DNA of 64,000 nucleotides from a virus: IMG/VR virus record IMGVR_UViG_3300028287_000410, positions 1-64,000 of that record; one strand, written 5' to 3'. Numbering within the stretch: position 1 is the stretch's first letter; each line of letters starts with the position of its first letter. The notes beneath the pieces are model-generated. The model was not told where the DNA came from. It worked only from the letters and a program-made list of their open reading frames with translations, and did no database searches. The position numbers were made by a program, and so were the translations under genes. Positions 1 to 9,175 of this stretch are shown here, one piece after another.

Positions 1-50
1 GCTGGTCTCCAAAACCGGAAGCAGGAGTTCGATTCTCCTCACCTGTGCCA
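1..50 (+). tRNA. tRNA-Trp(CCA), 5' part outside window
   Basis: Anticodon arm ctggt-ctCCAaa-accgg, T arm aggag-ttcgatt-ctcct, encoded 3' CCA at 48-50. Confidence 0.85.
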
Positions 51-56
51 AAATTA

Positions 57-133
57 CTCGGTGTAGCTTAGTATGGTAAAGCGCCTGGTTTGGGACCAGG
101 AGACCGTAGGTTCAAATCCTACCACCGAGACCA
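57..133 (+). tRNA. tRNA-Pro(TGG)
   Basis: Acceptor stem ctcggtg/caccgag, anticodon arm cctgg-ttTGGga-ccagg, T arm gtagg-ttcaaat-cctac, encoded CCA. Confidence 0.95.
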
Positions 134-143
134 AAATATACTA

Positions 144-172
144 TTGACAAAATAAAATAAATATAGTATAGT
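144..172 (+). promoter_or_regulatory. sigma70-type promoter
   Basis: TTGACA-17 nt-TATAGT. Confidence 0.7.
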
Positions 173-306
173 ATGAGTTCTATTAAGTTAAAGGCAGATT
201 GCATGGAAGATGAAGAGATAGATGAAGACCATTGGTGGGAAACTTTTTTCGATGATCCATGTGATGATATAAGCGGACTATATCTTCATCTATGGTTTGC
301 ATATAA

Positions 307-390
307 GTCAATGCAGGTTAGCTAACAGTAATCGACACTACAGGCGTCATGTCGTCACTGCGGCGAGGTTCGACTCCTCGATTGACACCA
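307..390 (+). ncRNA. Atypical tRNA-like RNA ending in CCA
   Basis: T arm cgagg-ttcgact-cctcg, 6-bp acceptor gtcaat/attgac followed by A-CCA; no canonical D or anticodon arm. Confidence 0.6.
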
Positions 391-422
391 TTTATCGTCA
401 TATATAAGATAAATATACATAG

Positions 423-656
423 ATGTTTGGGAGAAGCACTATGAAATTTTTATATGTTGATGTTAAAAGGCGCAAATTAGTTGCGGTATTTCAAAACACA
501 ATGGGAGAGAACTTCTATTGGAGTAAAGATGAAGTACAACAACAGCAAAATAAACACCAAATGCTATCAAGTTGGGCGATGATACAACAGTGCGATGATG
601 CACTTGAAGCAATGAATGATTATAAAAAACAAAAGCCTTGGTGGAAATTCTGGTAA
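423..656 (+). CDS. Hypothetical protein (start may be ATG 441), ends KPWWKFW
   Basis: ORF with GATAAATA motif at 408-415 upstream, GGGAG before 441 and a terminator downstream. Confidence 0.65.
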   Translation: MFGRSTMKFLYVDVKRRKLVAVFQNTMGENFYWSKDEVQQQQNKHQMLSSWAMIQQCDDALEAMNDYKKQKPWWKFW

Positions 657-680
657 TATAACAATTATATTAACAATATA

Positions 681-704
681 AACCCAGCTTCGGCTGGGTT
701 TTTT
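681..704 (+). terminator. Rho-independent terminator
   Basis: aacccagc-ttcg-gctgggtt followed by a T run. Confidence 0.9.
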
Positions 705-720
705 GTTATCTGTTTAAAAA

Positions 721-728
721 GATAAATA
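721..728 (+). promoter_or_regulatory. T4-like late promoter variant GATAAATA
   Basis: One mismatch to T4 TATAAATA; about 35 nt before ATG 762; the same motif precedes several other genes. Confidence 0.6.
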
Positions 729-761
729 CACATAAGCAATTTTAATGGGAATTAAACTACA

Positions 762-2111
762 ATGAGACTATTTGATCTATTTGAGAATGAAAATACAAAT
801 CTTGTCGTTGTGTATCCGGGACGTTTTCACCCGTTTCACGTAGGACATGGTAAAGTATTTCAGTATCTAAAGCAAAAGTATAAAGGTGCACAAGTCTTTA
901 TCGCTTCATCTGGAAATACAGATGCACATAAGTCGCCTTTTGAATTCAACGAAAAGAAAAAGATGATGATGCTTGCAGGCGTAGACCCAAATGCAATCGT
1001 ACAAACACGTATCCCATATGTAGCATCAGAGATAACAGATAGATTTGATCCAGATACAACAGTAGTTGTATATGCAGTATCAGAGAAAGATATGGCAGAA
1101 GATGCAAGATTTGATTTTCCTGCTGTAGGTAAGAAACTAAAAAAAGATGGTGACCCTGCACACGTTCAGAAATGGACGGGAATGAAAGATGCGCGTCCAT
1201 TACGTGAACATTCTTACATTGTTACAGTTCCTACATTCACATTTAAGATCCGCGGCGAAGCAGTTAACTCTGCTACACAAATTCGTAATATGATTGCGAA
1301 TGCAAATGAGCGTGAGCTAGTACAAATTCTACAAGACTTATATGGTCGTTCTGATATCCCACATGATGTAGTTGAAATCTTTAAGCGTAAGCTGGGTTCT
1401 AATACAGTAAGTGAAAACTGGGAAGAAGGTTCACTATTCGAATGTCTACTAGAAGTAGAGATTATGTGGGACATGAACATACTTACAGAAGCAGATGATG
1501 ATGATGTACGAGGATTTGATCCAAAGACAGTTAATGCTTTGAAGAATCTAAAAACCAAGTATCCACATGCAGATAATGTTGTAGGAGCATTAGTTGCAGA
1601 TGTTGAGGATTCGCAAAAAGTAAGTAAACAAAATGACATAGAACATGACATTAGTATCGCAGCATTAGAAGATAAAATAGACCAACTTGTGCAACAGCTA
1701 CAAAAACTAAAGAAGACCGAGGGAAGTACAATGAAAATTGAAGATATTGTAAATGAAGATATTACATTGACTGAAGACATTACGTTAGAAGATCATGAAG
1801 ATTTTCATGAAATGTTTGGCGAACTTGCATATTGCGAGAATGGTCTATTCGAAGCAGAATATCAAGGACGTACAGTACAACTAAACAAGCCAATGCAAGG
1901 TGACGTTAAGAAGTTTAAAGTGTATGTAAAGAACCCAAAAGGTAACGTAGTTAAAGTCAACTTTGGTCACGGCGGCACAAGTGCTAAAGGCAAGACTATG
2001 AAGATTAGAAAGTCTAATCCAAAAGCACGTAAGAGTTTTAGAGCAAGACACAATTGTGAGAATCCAGGACCAAAGCATAAGGCACGTTACTGGTCATGCC
2101 GTAAGTGGTAA
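762..2111 (+). CDS. HxGH nucleotidyltransferase (cytidyltransferase-like) domain fused to a basic C-terminal domain; probable virion-internal polyprotein
   Basis: PGRFHPFHVGH and NSATQIR motifs; basic C-terminus ending KARYWSCRKW; several L/I-x-E sites. Confidence 0.7.
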   Translation: MRLFDLFENENTNLVVVYPGRFHPFHVGHGKVFQYLKQKYKGAQVFIASSGNTDAHKSPFEFNEKKKMMMLAGVDPNAIVQTRIPYVASEITDRFDPDTTVVVYAVSEKDMAEDARFDFPAVGKKLKKDGDPAHVQKWTGMKDARPLREHSYIVTVPTFTFKIRGEAVNSATQIRNMIANANERELVQILQDLYGRSDIPHDVVEIFKRKLGSNTVSENWEEGSLFECLLEVEIMWDMNILTEADDDDVRGFDPKTVNALKNLKTKYPHADNVVGALVADVEDSQKVSKQNDIEHDISIAALEDKIDQLVQQLQKLKKTEGSTMKIEDIVNEDITLTEDITLEDHEDFHEMFGELAYCENGLFEAEYQGRTVQLNKPMQGDVKKFKVYVKNPKGNVVKVNFGHGGTSAKGKTMKIRKSNPKARKSFRARHNCENPGPKHKARYWSCRKW

Positions 2112-2122
2112 GGAGAGAATAA

Positions 2123-2965
2123 ATGAACGATTATACACATGATAACGGTGATAGAAATTTATCGGGCCCGCATTATGCAATGGAATATAATGTTGCAGGT
2201 GAACCTGCGCTACGTGTAATTGCTAACCTAAACGGTTGGGGCATTCAGGTAAGTAGTGGCGAAGTTGATGGCGTTTCGTATGTCGAGAAGTTCGGCTATC
2301 AAACTGACGTACCAAACGGTGATATTGCAACAGTATGGGACGGAACCGGATTATATGATTACCTAACAACCGTAACAACAGTAACAGTAACAAGCGATGA
2401 CTCTGATGACAACCCAGCAGGTTCAGGTGCTAGACAAGTAGAAATTCAAGGATTAGATCAAGATCACAATGTTGTGTTAGAAACTGTGGATCTAGGCGGT
2501 ACATCTATTACTACGTTTATTCGTGTATTCCGTGTAAGAGTATGCGTAAGCGGTGGTACAAATCCAAACCAAGGTGTTATCAGTGTAACTGGCGGCGGAA
2601 AAACACTTGCGATAATTGATAAACTTGCAAACAATGCTGACGGTCACGGACAAACAAATATGGCAATATACACTGTGCCTGCAGGTAAAACTGCATATCT
2701 TACACAATGGACAGTGAGCAGTGGCAAACAAAATGCAGACACTATTGCAAAACTAATGGTACGTGATACCTATCATCCAGATGATGGTGCATGGAATGTA
2801 AAAGATATTGTTGAAATTCAGGCAACTAGTTTCAATAAAGAATATAGAGTACCATTACAATTTACTGAAAAAACAGATATCGAAATTAGAGCGTTCAGTA
2901 ATACTGGTTCATCATGTACTAGTACATTCAACTTAATTTTAATTGACAACCCAGTAGAGGAATGA
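2123..2965 (+). CDS. Hypothetical beta-rich protein, possibly structural
   Basis: 280-aa ORF with GGAGAG SD; T/G/V-rich. Confidence 0.6.
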   Translation: MNDYTHDNGDRNLSGPHYAMEYNVAGEPALRVIANLNGWGIQVSSGEVDGVSYVEKFGYQTDVPNGDIATVWDGTGLYDYLTTVTTVTVTSDDSDDNPAGSGARQVEIQGLDQDHNVVLETVDLGGTSITTFIRVFRVRVCVSGGTNPNQGVISVTGGGKTLAIIDKLANNADGHGQTNMAIYTVPAGKTAYLTQWTVSSGKQNADTIAKLMVRDTYHPDDGAWNVKDIVEIQATSFNKEYRVPLQFTEKTDIEIRAFSNTGSSCTSTFNLILIDNPVEE

Positions 2966-2969
2966 TACA

Positions 2970-3770
2970 ATGAAGATCAATGAATTAGATAAAGGTGTTG
3001 GCGTAACACAACAGCAATTAGATGCTTTAGAAAAAGTATTAGATCAAGTGTTCTCTAAAGTGGGTATTGATATTGAATTTACTCGCCATTTCATTGATCG
3101 TGTTAATGATGAACGTAATGTTAAACCTATTACTATTAAAGAACTTGCAATGCTATTCAAAAAAGAGTTTATCAAGTACGGTAAACCAATTGCACAATTA
3201 GGTCCAGATGCACAAGCAGTGATGAAAGACTTAGAAAGTGACATTAATATCCCGTTTGCTTTAGAATGGAACGGCAAAGAATTAGAACTTATCGCCAAGA
3301 CAGTAATGCGTAAGAAGGACTTTAAAACTCCAAACAAAGAGTTCGCAGTAGAACGTAAACTTGCAGAAGACATGGGTTCTATCCCTCCATTAGCAGAACT
3401 TATTGTAATGGCAGTTGTAGCAAAGACAAGTGTTGATGTACTGATTGGTATGTTCAAAGTTGCACTAAAAACCGGTAAGGGACTAAAGAAACTAAATCAA
3501 CTACGCAAAAAAGTCAAGTCAACAGTTGGTGATACAGGACAACGTATCGCAGATTATGCTCTAGGCGAATCAACCCGTGACGAACTACTTGCACAGTTAA
3601 AAGATTCAAAAGAAAAGAAGTTCTACAATGCAGCATTAAATGCTTTACATAGCCTAGTAGTATCAAAAGGTAATAAGCAAAGTATCGGCGGCTATGCATT
3701 TGATATTGCACGTGCATTCAACGGTATTAAAGCTAAAGAACTAGAGAAGATGTACAATGAAATTCACTGA
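2970..3770 (+). CDS. Hypothetical multi-module protein (FTRHFIDR domain, amphipathic segment, helical domain)
   Basis: GAGG SD; MKINEL leader; overlaps next gene. Confidence 0.65.
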   Translation: MKINELDKGVGVTQQQLDALEKVLDQVFSKVGIDIEFTRHFIDRVNDERNVKPITIKELAMLFKKEFIKYGKPIAQLGPDAQAVMKDLESDINIPFALEWNGKELELIAKTVMRKKDFKTPNKEFAVERKLAEDMGSIPPLAELIVMAVVAKTSVDVLIGMFKVALKTGKGLKKLNQLRKKVKSTVGDTGQRIADYALGESTRDELLAQLKDSKEKKFYNAALNALHSLVVSKGNKQSIGGYAFDIARAFNGIKAKELEKMYNEIH

Positions 3771-5433
3771 AATATCTAACACAAAGCTGACAGAAGCATT
3801 TGACAATCCTTATCCATTTGAATTAATAGGACCCAATGACTCACAAGAGTTTTCAGCACTTGCTCAAACGCCAAATGGTATGTTAAGAATGGACTTTGAA
3901 GCAATAGATTACGATAACTTTGGTATCGACTTTTCAGTTGGCAAGAGCATGGGCAAAACAGATGCAGGTGACGAGTTTAGGGTATTCGCAACTGTAGTTG
4001 CAATGATGACAAAGTGGATCAAAACAGTTGGTATTAAACACGTAGAGAGTTTTGATTTTGGTGCTGATAAAACTGATCACGCTAGTGACGGTAGAGCAAG
4101 ACTATATACAAGATTTGCTAAAAAACTTGCTAGTCAACTAGGCTGGAAGTTAGAACAAAGTACTACAGCAAATGGTAGCACATCATTCTTTAGACTAGTT
4201 AATCCTAAACCAGTACCACGTGGACATGAGTACTGGGACGCACTAGATGAAGAAGTTGAAGTATCATTACACGGCGATACTAAAAAAGGTTATGTGTTAT
4301 CTAAGATTGAAGTATCGGGTGATGAGCGTAATGCTGGTCAGGGTACAAAAGCAATGCAAGACATTGTTGACAGAATGGATAGAGAAGGTGCTATTATCGC
4401 TCTAACACCAGATGATGCATTTGGTGGGAATAAGAATAGACTAATTAAGTTCTACAAGCGTTTTGGTTTCGTACCAAACAAAGGTCGCAACAAAGACTTT
4501 CGCTTTAGAGAAACAATGATCCGTTATCCACAAAGTAATGAAAGTGTTAACGAAGTATCAAAAGAAGAGTTTGATGCTATTCAGAATGGATACGTCGATA
4601 TTGAGTTTGATAAGAAATGGTGGCCCCTAAACGATGATTACCCACTGATCAAACATATCGGTAAAGCAATCGGCGCAACTAGTTGGACTAGTTGGGGTAA
4701 AGTTGGTGTCCCATGGTCAGAAACAGAAATGATCGGTGGCGGTGGCACATATATGCTTAAAGGTGATTTCGGTCATATCTTGTTGGATGCGGCTAAGAGT
4801 TTTAGACCAGAACAAATTTTAATGGCACAAATATCAACTTCTAATCGTGGTGGCGGTGTCGGCGTTAAAGTTATGAACGCAATAAAGTCATACGCAGATC
4901 AAAAGGGTTTGCCAATAACAATATATAAAGTAACTAACAAAAAGTTCTTTGATAAGTTTGAATGGTTGACAAAAACAGGCGAAGACACATACGAATATAA
5001 ACTTAATGAAAGTGTTAACGAAGGTTACAAACTACAACTAGAGCGTGACACTGATATGATGGTGTTGAACATTACTGACACAAAGACTGGTAAGCGCACA
5101 GAAGTTCGTGGCAAGAGTGGTTATGAAACTAACAACTATGACGCAAACGATAAGCTACATCAGTTACTAGATAAGATTAGCAAAAGTGCTGATATTTCGC
5201 AACTTATGAACGGCGAGCCTGTAGGCATTAATCCTAAACACCCAGATGGCCCAAGCGCAAAGACAGCAACAACTAAAGCATTTAATGAAGCCGCTGGAGT
5301 TGGTCGTGTTGTAAAAGGCGTAAATACAACTGTTGATGTGGGTGTAGATGAAATCATCAATCAAGTCAAAAAGTTCGGCAACGATGTAGATCGTGACGGT
5401 CTACCAAAAAAGATGCTACGTAAAAAGAAATAG
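3757..5433 (+). CDS. Multi-domain protein with at least two GNAT acetyltransferase-like modules
   Basis: RNAGQGTKAM...LIKFYKRFGF and NRGGGVGVKVM...KKFFDKF acetyl-CoA-binding-type motifs; modules separated by NESVNE. Confidence 0.7.
   Translation: MKFTEISNTKLTEAFDNPYPFELIGPNDSQEFSALAQTPNGMLRMDFEAIDYDNFGIDFSVGKSMGKTDAGDEFRVFATVVAMMTKWIKTVGIKHVESFDFGADKTDHASDGRARLYTRFAKKLASQLGWKLEQSTTANGSTSFFRLVNPKPVPRGHEYWDALDEEVEVSLHGDTKKGYVLSKIEVSGDERNAGQGTKAMQDIVDRMDREGAIIALTPDDAFGGNKNRLIKFYKRFGFVPNKGRNKDFRFRETMIRYPQSNESVNEVSKEEFDAIQNGYVDIEFDKKWWPLNDDYPLIKHIGKAIGATSWTSWGKVGVPWSETEMIGGGGTYMLKGDFGHILLDAAKSFRPEQILMAQISTSNRGGGVGVKVMNAIKSYADQKGLPITIYKVTNKKFFDKFEWLTKTGEDTYEYKLNESVNEGYKLQLERDTDMMVLNITDTKTGKRTEVRGKSGYETNNYDANDKLHQLLDKISKSADISQLMNGEPVGINPKHPDGPSAKTATTKAFNEAAGVGRVVKGVNTTVDVGVDEIINQVKKFGNDVDRDGLPKKMLRKKK
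4536..5023 (+). repeat. Exact 20-bp direct repeat TAATGAAAGTGTTAACGAAG at 4536-4555 and 5004-5023
   Basis: Read directly; each copy encodes NESVNE and the pair brackets one GNAT-like module. Confidence 0.9.
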
Positions 5434-5439
5434 GTTTAC

Positions 5440-6831
5440 ATGAGTTCCTCAAATTTTAACAAAGAAGTTGAAGATATCGAAAAGTCGCCTTTGGTTAAAA
5501 TAAATCCAAATGTACATGATTTATCTAAAACAATGTGCTTTAAGACCTGGAATGATATGATTATCAGTCTACCTCAGCGCACCGTTAAGTGGTGCTGTAA
5601 GGCACAATATACAGAAGAACAACAGAAGCAACTCACATTTGACCTTGATATCTTAGAAAAAGAAGGATTAGATTTCTTTGTAAATAACCCAATACTCACA
5701 CAACGTAAATATGAACTGAGTGGTGGGACACGTTCCGATGATTGTGTAGGTTGCTGGAAAACAGAAGATGCAAGTGGAAGTAGTGTACGTACCGAGTATA
5801 CAAAAAACTTTGAAATACTATGGAAACGAAGATTAGAAAAAGCGGCACATCATCCAAAGAAAGCAATACAATTTCATCAAGAAATTCAACAGCATGATGG
5901 TTTTCGTTTTATTGAATTAGAGCTTACAAACAAATGTAACATGGCATGTGCATATTGTTGGGAAGGTTCTAGTACACGTTGGCAAAAAGAAACTGGTAAT
6001 AGAATGCCAGATACAGATGATGCGATATTTTCAAAAGTAATTGAACTACTTAATGAATATTGGGAAGGTGATTTAGGCAAGAACAACTATGTTAATTTTA
6101 GTCTATTGGGTGGTGAACCGTTCTTTACTAATCACATGTATGAATTTTTAGAAGATTTCATCGTTAACCTAAATGATACGAAACGTACAGAACAGCGTAT
6201 AGTTGTAACCGTCACTACCAATCTAAACTTTCCAAAACACAAGTTTGATAAATTTATGGAACTCGTAAAGAGAACCCCTAATATTCAATATCAAATGCAG
6301 TTGTCAAACGAAGCAGTTGGCAAGCGCAGTGAACTAATACGATGGGGATTGAACTGGAACACTTGGGATAATAATTTAGATGCATTCTTTACAGAATCGA
6401 AGAAGCATAAAAATTTAATATTAGGATTTGGTTGCGCACATAATAGTTTAAGTTATCCTTATTATAAAGAATACCTAAAATACATCAATGAAAAAGTCAT
6501 ACATCATGATTTTAAAAGAACACTAATATTCCATACGAATTGGGTAGATAATCCAAATCATTTAGCTGTGAATATGATTGATCCTAATATGTCAGATGTT
6601 GCACAAGAAATAATCGATTATTTTGAGAATGAGTTTACTGCAAATGTATATCAGAAATCAAAATATACAAATGTATTGCGTACATTAAAAAGACATGTAG
6701 AATCCACGGTCAGTGATGAAGATAAAGAGAATGCGTTCAAGCAATTTAAAATACTTGAAGACCGTAGAAAAATTTCATTCGTAGAACAGTTTCCACACTA
6801 TAATAGTATAGTTAAAATCCCGCATAAATAA
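5440..6831 (+). CDS. Radical SAM protein with N-terminal Cys-rich (twitch/SPASM-like) region
   Basis: CNMACAYC and LGGEPF motifs; N-terminal C...WCC...CVGC. Confidence 0.85.
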   Translation: MSSSNFNKEVEDIEKSPLVKINPNVHDLSKTMCFKTWNDMIISLPQRTVKWCCKAQYTEEQQKQLTFDLDILEKEGLDFFVNNPILTQRKYELSGGTRSDDCVGCWKTEDASGSSVRTEYTKNFEILWKRRLEKAAHHPKKAIQFHQEIQQHDGFRFIELELTNKCNMACAYCWEGSSTRWQKETGNRMPDTDDAIFSKVIELLNEYWEGDLGKNNYVNFSLLGGEPFFTNHMYEFLEDFIVNLNDTKRTEQRIVVTVTTNLNFPKHKFDKFMELVKRTPNIQYQMQLSNEAVGKRSELIRWGLNWNTWDNNLDAFFTESKKHKNLILGFGCAHNSLSYPYYKEYLKYINEKVIHHDFKRTLIFHTNWVDNPNHLAVNMIDPNMSDVAQEIIDYFENEFTANVYQKSKYTNVLRTLKRHVESTVSDEDKENAFKQFKILEDRRKISFVEQFPHYNSIVKIPHK

Positions 6832-6851
6832 CATATAAGATAAATACTATT

Positions 6852-7055
6852 ATGAAAATAAATGAAATCATATCCGAAACTTTCGCTGGCTCATTTGCCG
6901 GGGTGAACACTTCCTTAGGAGGTGGTGATCCTGCTGCGAGTATATATGCCAAGAAGCCTAAGGGTAAGAAGAAAAAAACTAAAATGGGTTACAGTGCAGA
7001 TGTCGGTAATCTTGCATACAATAAACCAGTCAAAACACAAATGATTAAAAGATAA
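6852..7055 (+). CDS. Small basic hypothetical protein with MKINEIISE leader
   Basis: GATAAATA at 6839-6846 directly upstream; leader resembles those of neighbouring genes. Confidence 0.65.
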   Translation: MKINEIISETFAGSFAGVNTSLGGGDPAASIYAKKPKGKKKKTKMGYSADVGNLAYNKPVKTQMIKR

Positions 7056-7066
7056 GGTAGAATAAA

Positions 7067-8830
7067 ATGAAACTGTCACAACTAATCGAGTCTTTTGTAA
7101 TCTCTAATGATGAATTCGAAGATTACCTAAACAGAGCTACGGAACAATTAACACAAGAACTACAGTCAGGTAAGAACCCACGTGACGCAGTTCATGATTT
7201 AGCATTAACATTTGCAGATCAGCACAACAAATCATATGATGCATACACACGTATGTCAGACTCATTATCAGCAAGAATGCATACGTTAGAACTAGATGGT
7301 TCAACGTCTACTGAAATAGCTCCTGCCGATATGACGAACGGACCAGAAATGTCTGACATGGGTGCAGAACCAGAGATGATGACAGATCCAATGGGTGACA
7401 TGGAAATGGAAACTCCAGCACAAGACGAAATGCCAGGTGACAGTGACATGGAAGATTATGCTGCGGTAATGGACAATGAGCCAGAAGTTGAAGAATCAGT
7501 AAGTGAAGGCACAAAAGGCTGTGCTGACTGTGATTGGATTAAAGACGAAACTGATGGTGACGTTGATACATGTGATGAATGTGCGGCAGAAAAACGTCAA
7601 ACTAATGAATCAGAAAAGCGTTGGAAGCAAACTTCAATGTCTTCAGAAGATGCAATTAAACAATACGGCAAAGAAAACGTAAAAGTTAAAAAAGGCGCAT
7701 TGCGTAATGGCAATGACATGGTAGAAGTATTTGTTGAATCACTAAATGAAGACGATGAAGAAAAAGCACGCCAACGTGCGTTTGCTAAAGCAGACGAACC
7801 AGAGCGCGGCGAGAAACCTAAAAAGGTATCTCTAAAGAAAGCACCATGGGAAGAGTCAGTAAACGAAGGCGATGATACAGTTAAAGTAGTCTTTAGAAAA
7901 TTCGATAATGGTGATGTGATTGCATTGTTCCCAGAAGAAGAACAGGGTCGTGGACTGATTGGTTCATACATGGAAATTGGTCAGCATGGTGACGCATCTA
8001 AGTCATTGATTACTGACTTAGAACCAGCATCAAAAGAAGAATACGCAAAACTAGCCGCTGAATTAAAGCGCATTGGTTATGATATTGTTATGGCAGAGTC
8101 AGTAAACGAAGCGGCAGAATGCAAATATTGCGGTGGTGATTGCCCTAATGATGAAGAACATGCATGTGACGGCTACTTGGGTGATATTGACGGACTATAT
8201 GAAGCGAAAGCATCAGTACTAGACCAACTACAACGCATTGTAGATGACAAGCAAGCAAAGTCAATTAAGTTTGATGACGGTTCTTCAAAAGTAGACATGT
8301 TCACAGCATCAGCTATCACACAAGTACATGCTAAAGTAAACGATGCTAACAAAGCAAAGATTGAAAAAATGCTTAACACTCGTACAGGTTTAATGAAGAT
8401 TGCTAAAGTTGCAATGGGCGCATTAAAAGAAGGTAAGCTAGATGAAATTCTTCCAGCAGTAGGTGCTATAGCAGGTGGTATTGCAAGAGCAGCAGTGTCA
8501 AAAGGCATTAAAGGTGCAGCAACACGTGCAGGTATTAAAGGTGTAGCAAGCAAACTGGCACCGAACAATGAAGCAACTGATATAGCTGATAGAATTATGC
8601 GTACAAGTTCACGTCAATCATTCTCAGAGTATAACGAGTTTTATAAAGCACTAGATTCAGCAGCTAAAGCAGGTAAAAAAGCAGGCGACCATATTGAAGT
8701 TGGTGGCAAGAAAGTTAAATTGAAGTCTAATCCAAAGCAAATACATGACTTAACAGATGCAGAAATGGATAAGATTGATGCGTTAGCAAACCGTCTAAAT
8801 GAGATGTGCGGTAAAAAATATAAAAAATAA
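7067..8830 (+). CDS. Acidic modular polyprotein, probable internal head protein
   Basis: MKLSQLIES leader; ESVSE, ESLNE and two ESVNE junctions; two Cys-rich mini-modules. Confidence 0.7.
   Translation: MKLSQLIESFVISNDEFEDYLNRATEQLTQELQSGKNPRDAVHDLALTFADQHNKSYDAYTRMSDSLSARMHTLELDGSTSTEIAPADMTNGPEMSDMGAEPEMMTDPMGDMEMETPAQDEMPGDSDMEDYAAVMDNEPEVEESVSEGTKGCADCDWIKDETDGDVDTCDECAAEKRQTNESEKRWKQTSMSSEDAIKQYGKENVKVKKGALRNGNDMVEVFVESLNEDDEEKARQRAFAKADEPERGEKPKKVSLKKAPWEESVNEGDDTVKVVFRKFDNGDVIALFPEEEQGRGLIGSYMEIGQHGDASKSLITDLEPASKEEYAKLAAELKRIGYDIVMAESVNEAAECKYCGGDCPNDEEHACDGYLGDIDGLYEAKASVLDQLQRIVDDKQAKSIKFDDGSSKVDMFTASAITQVHAKVNDANKAKIEKMLNTRTGLMKIAKVAMGALKEGKLDEILPAVGAIAGGIARAAVSKGIKGAATRAGIKGVASKLAPNNEATDIADRIMRTSSRQSFSEYNEFYKALDSAAKAGKKAGDHIEVGGKKVKLKSNPKQIHDLTDAEMDKIDALANRLNEMCGKKYKK
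7852..8111 (+). repeat. Exact 17-bp direct repeat AGAGTCAGTAAACGAAG at 7852-7868 and 8095-8111
   Basis: Read directly; each copy encodes ESVNE and the pair brackets an approximately 76-aa domain. Confidence 0.9.
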
Positions 8831-8833
8831 CTA

Positions 8834-8862
8834 TTGACATAAGAACACCTCTGTGTTATATT
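8834..8862 (+). promoter_or_regulatory. sigma70-type promoter for the replication operon
   Basis: TTGACA-17 nt-TATATT with extended -10 TG. Confidence 0.65.
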
Positions 8863-8891
8863 AAAGGGAACTCGAATAGAGTTCCTTTTTT
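8863..8891 (+). terminator. Hairpin plus T tract, likely terminator of the late block
   Basis: aaagggaactc-gaata-gagttcctttttt. Confidence 0.7.
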
Positions 8892-8914
8892 ATTGACCTT
8901 ATGAGGAGATTAAC

Positions 8915-9175
8915 ATGTCACTAGATAGCATTTCAAGCGAAGAAAAAGCAAAACTAAAGCAACTTGTAGACGAAGGATGTTCTGTACTACAAGAAGTAGA
9001 TGACCTTAAAGGTGGTCTGCGTGATACAGTGAAAGCAATCGCTGAAGAACTTGATATCAAACCCGCTGTACTCAACAAAGCAATTTCACTTGCACACAAA
9101 GCAAACCTTCAAGGTGCAAAACAAGACTTCGAAGACGTAGAAACTGTACTTGAGACTGTGGGACGCACACTATAA
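8915..9175 (+). CDS. Small dsDNA-binding protein, T4 DsbA/GapR-like
   Basis: 86-aa helical protein with LRDTVKAIAEELDIKPAVLNKAI pattern; GAGGAG SD. Confidence 0.6.
   Translation: MSLDSISSEEKAKLKQLVDEGCSVLQEVDDLKGGLRDTVKAIAEELDIKPAVLNKAISLAHKANLQGAKQDFEDVETVLETVGRTL

Noticed and set aside
203-325. 40-aa acidic ORF MEDEEIDEDHWWETFF...
   Set aside because: Short, weak SD and overlaps the tRNA-like element; it may be real but I cannot support it
307-390. tmRNA or standard tRNA call
   Set aside because: Too short for tmRNA, no alanine-type G3-U70 acceptor, and no 7-nt anticodon loop can be assigned
1214-1780. 188-aa minus-strand ORF
   Set aside because: Antisense shadow of 762-2111 with Ser-rich composition typical of non-coding frames
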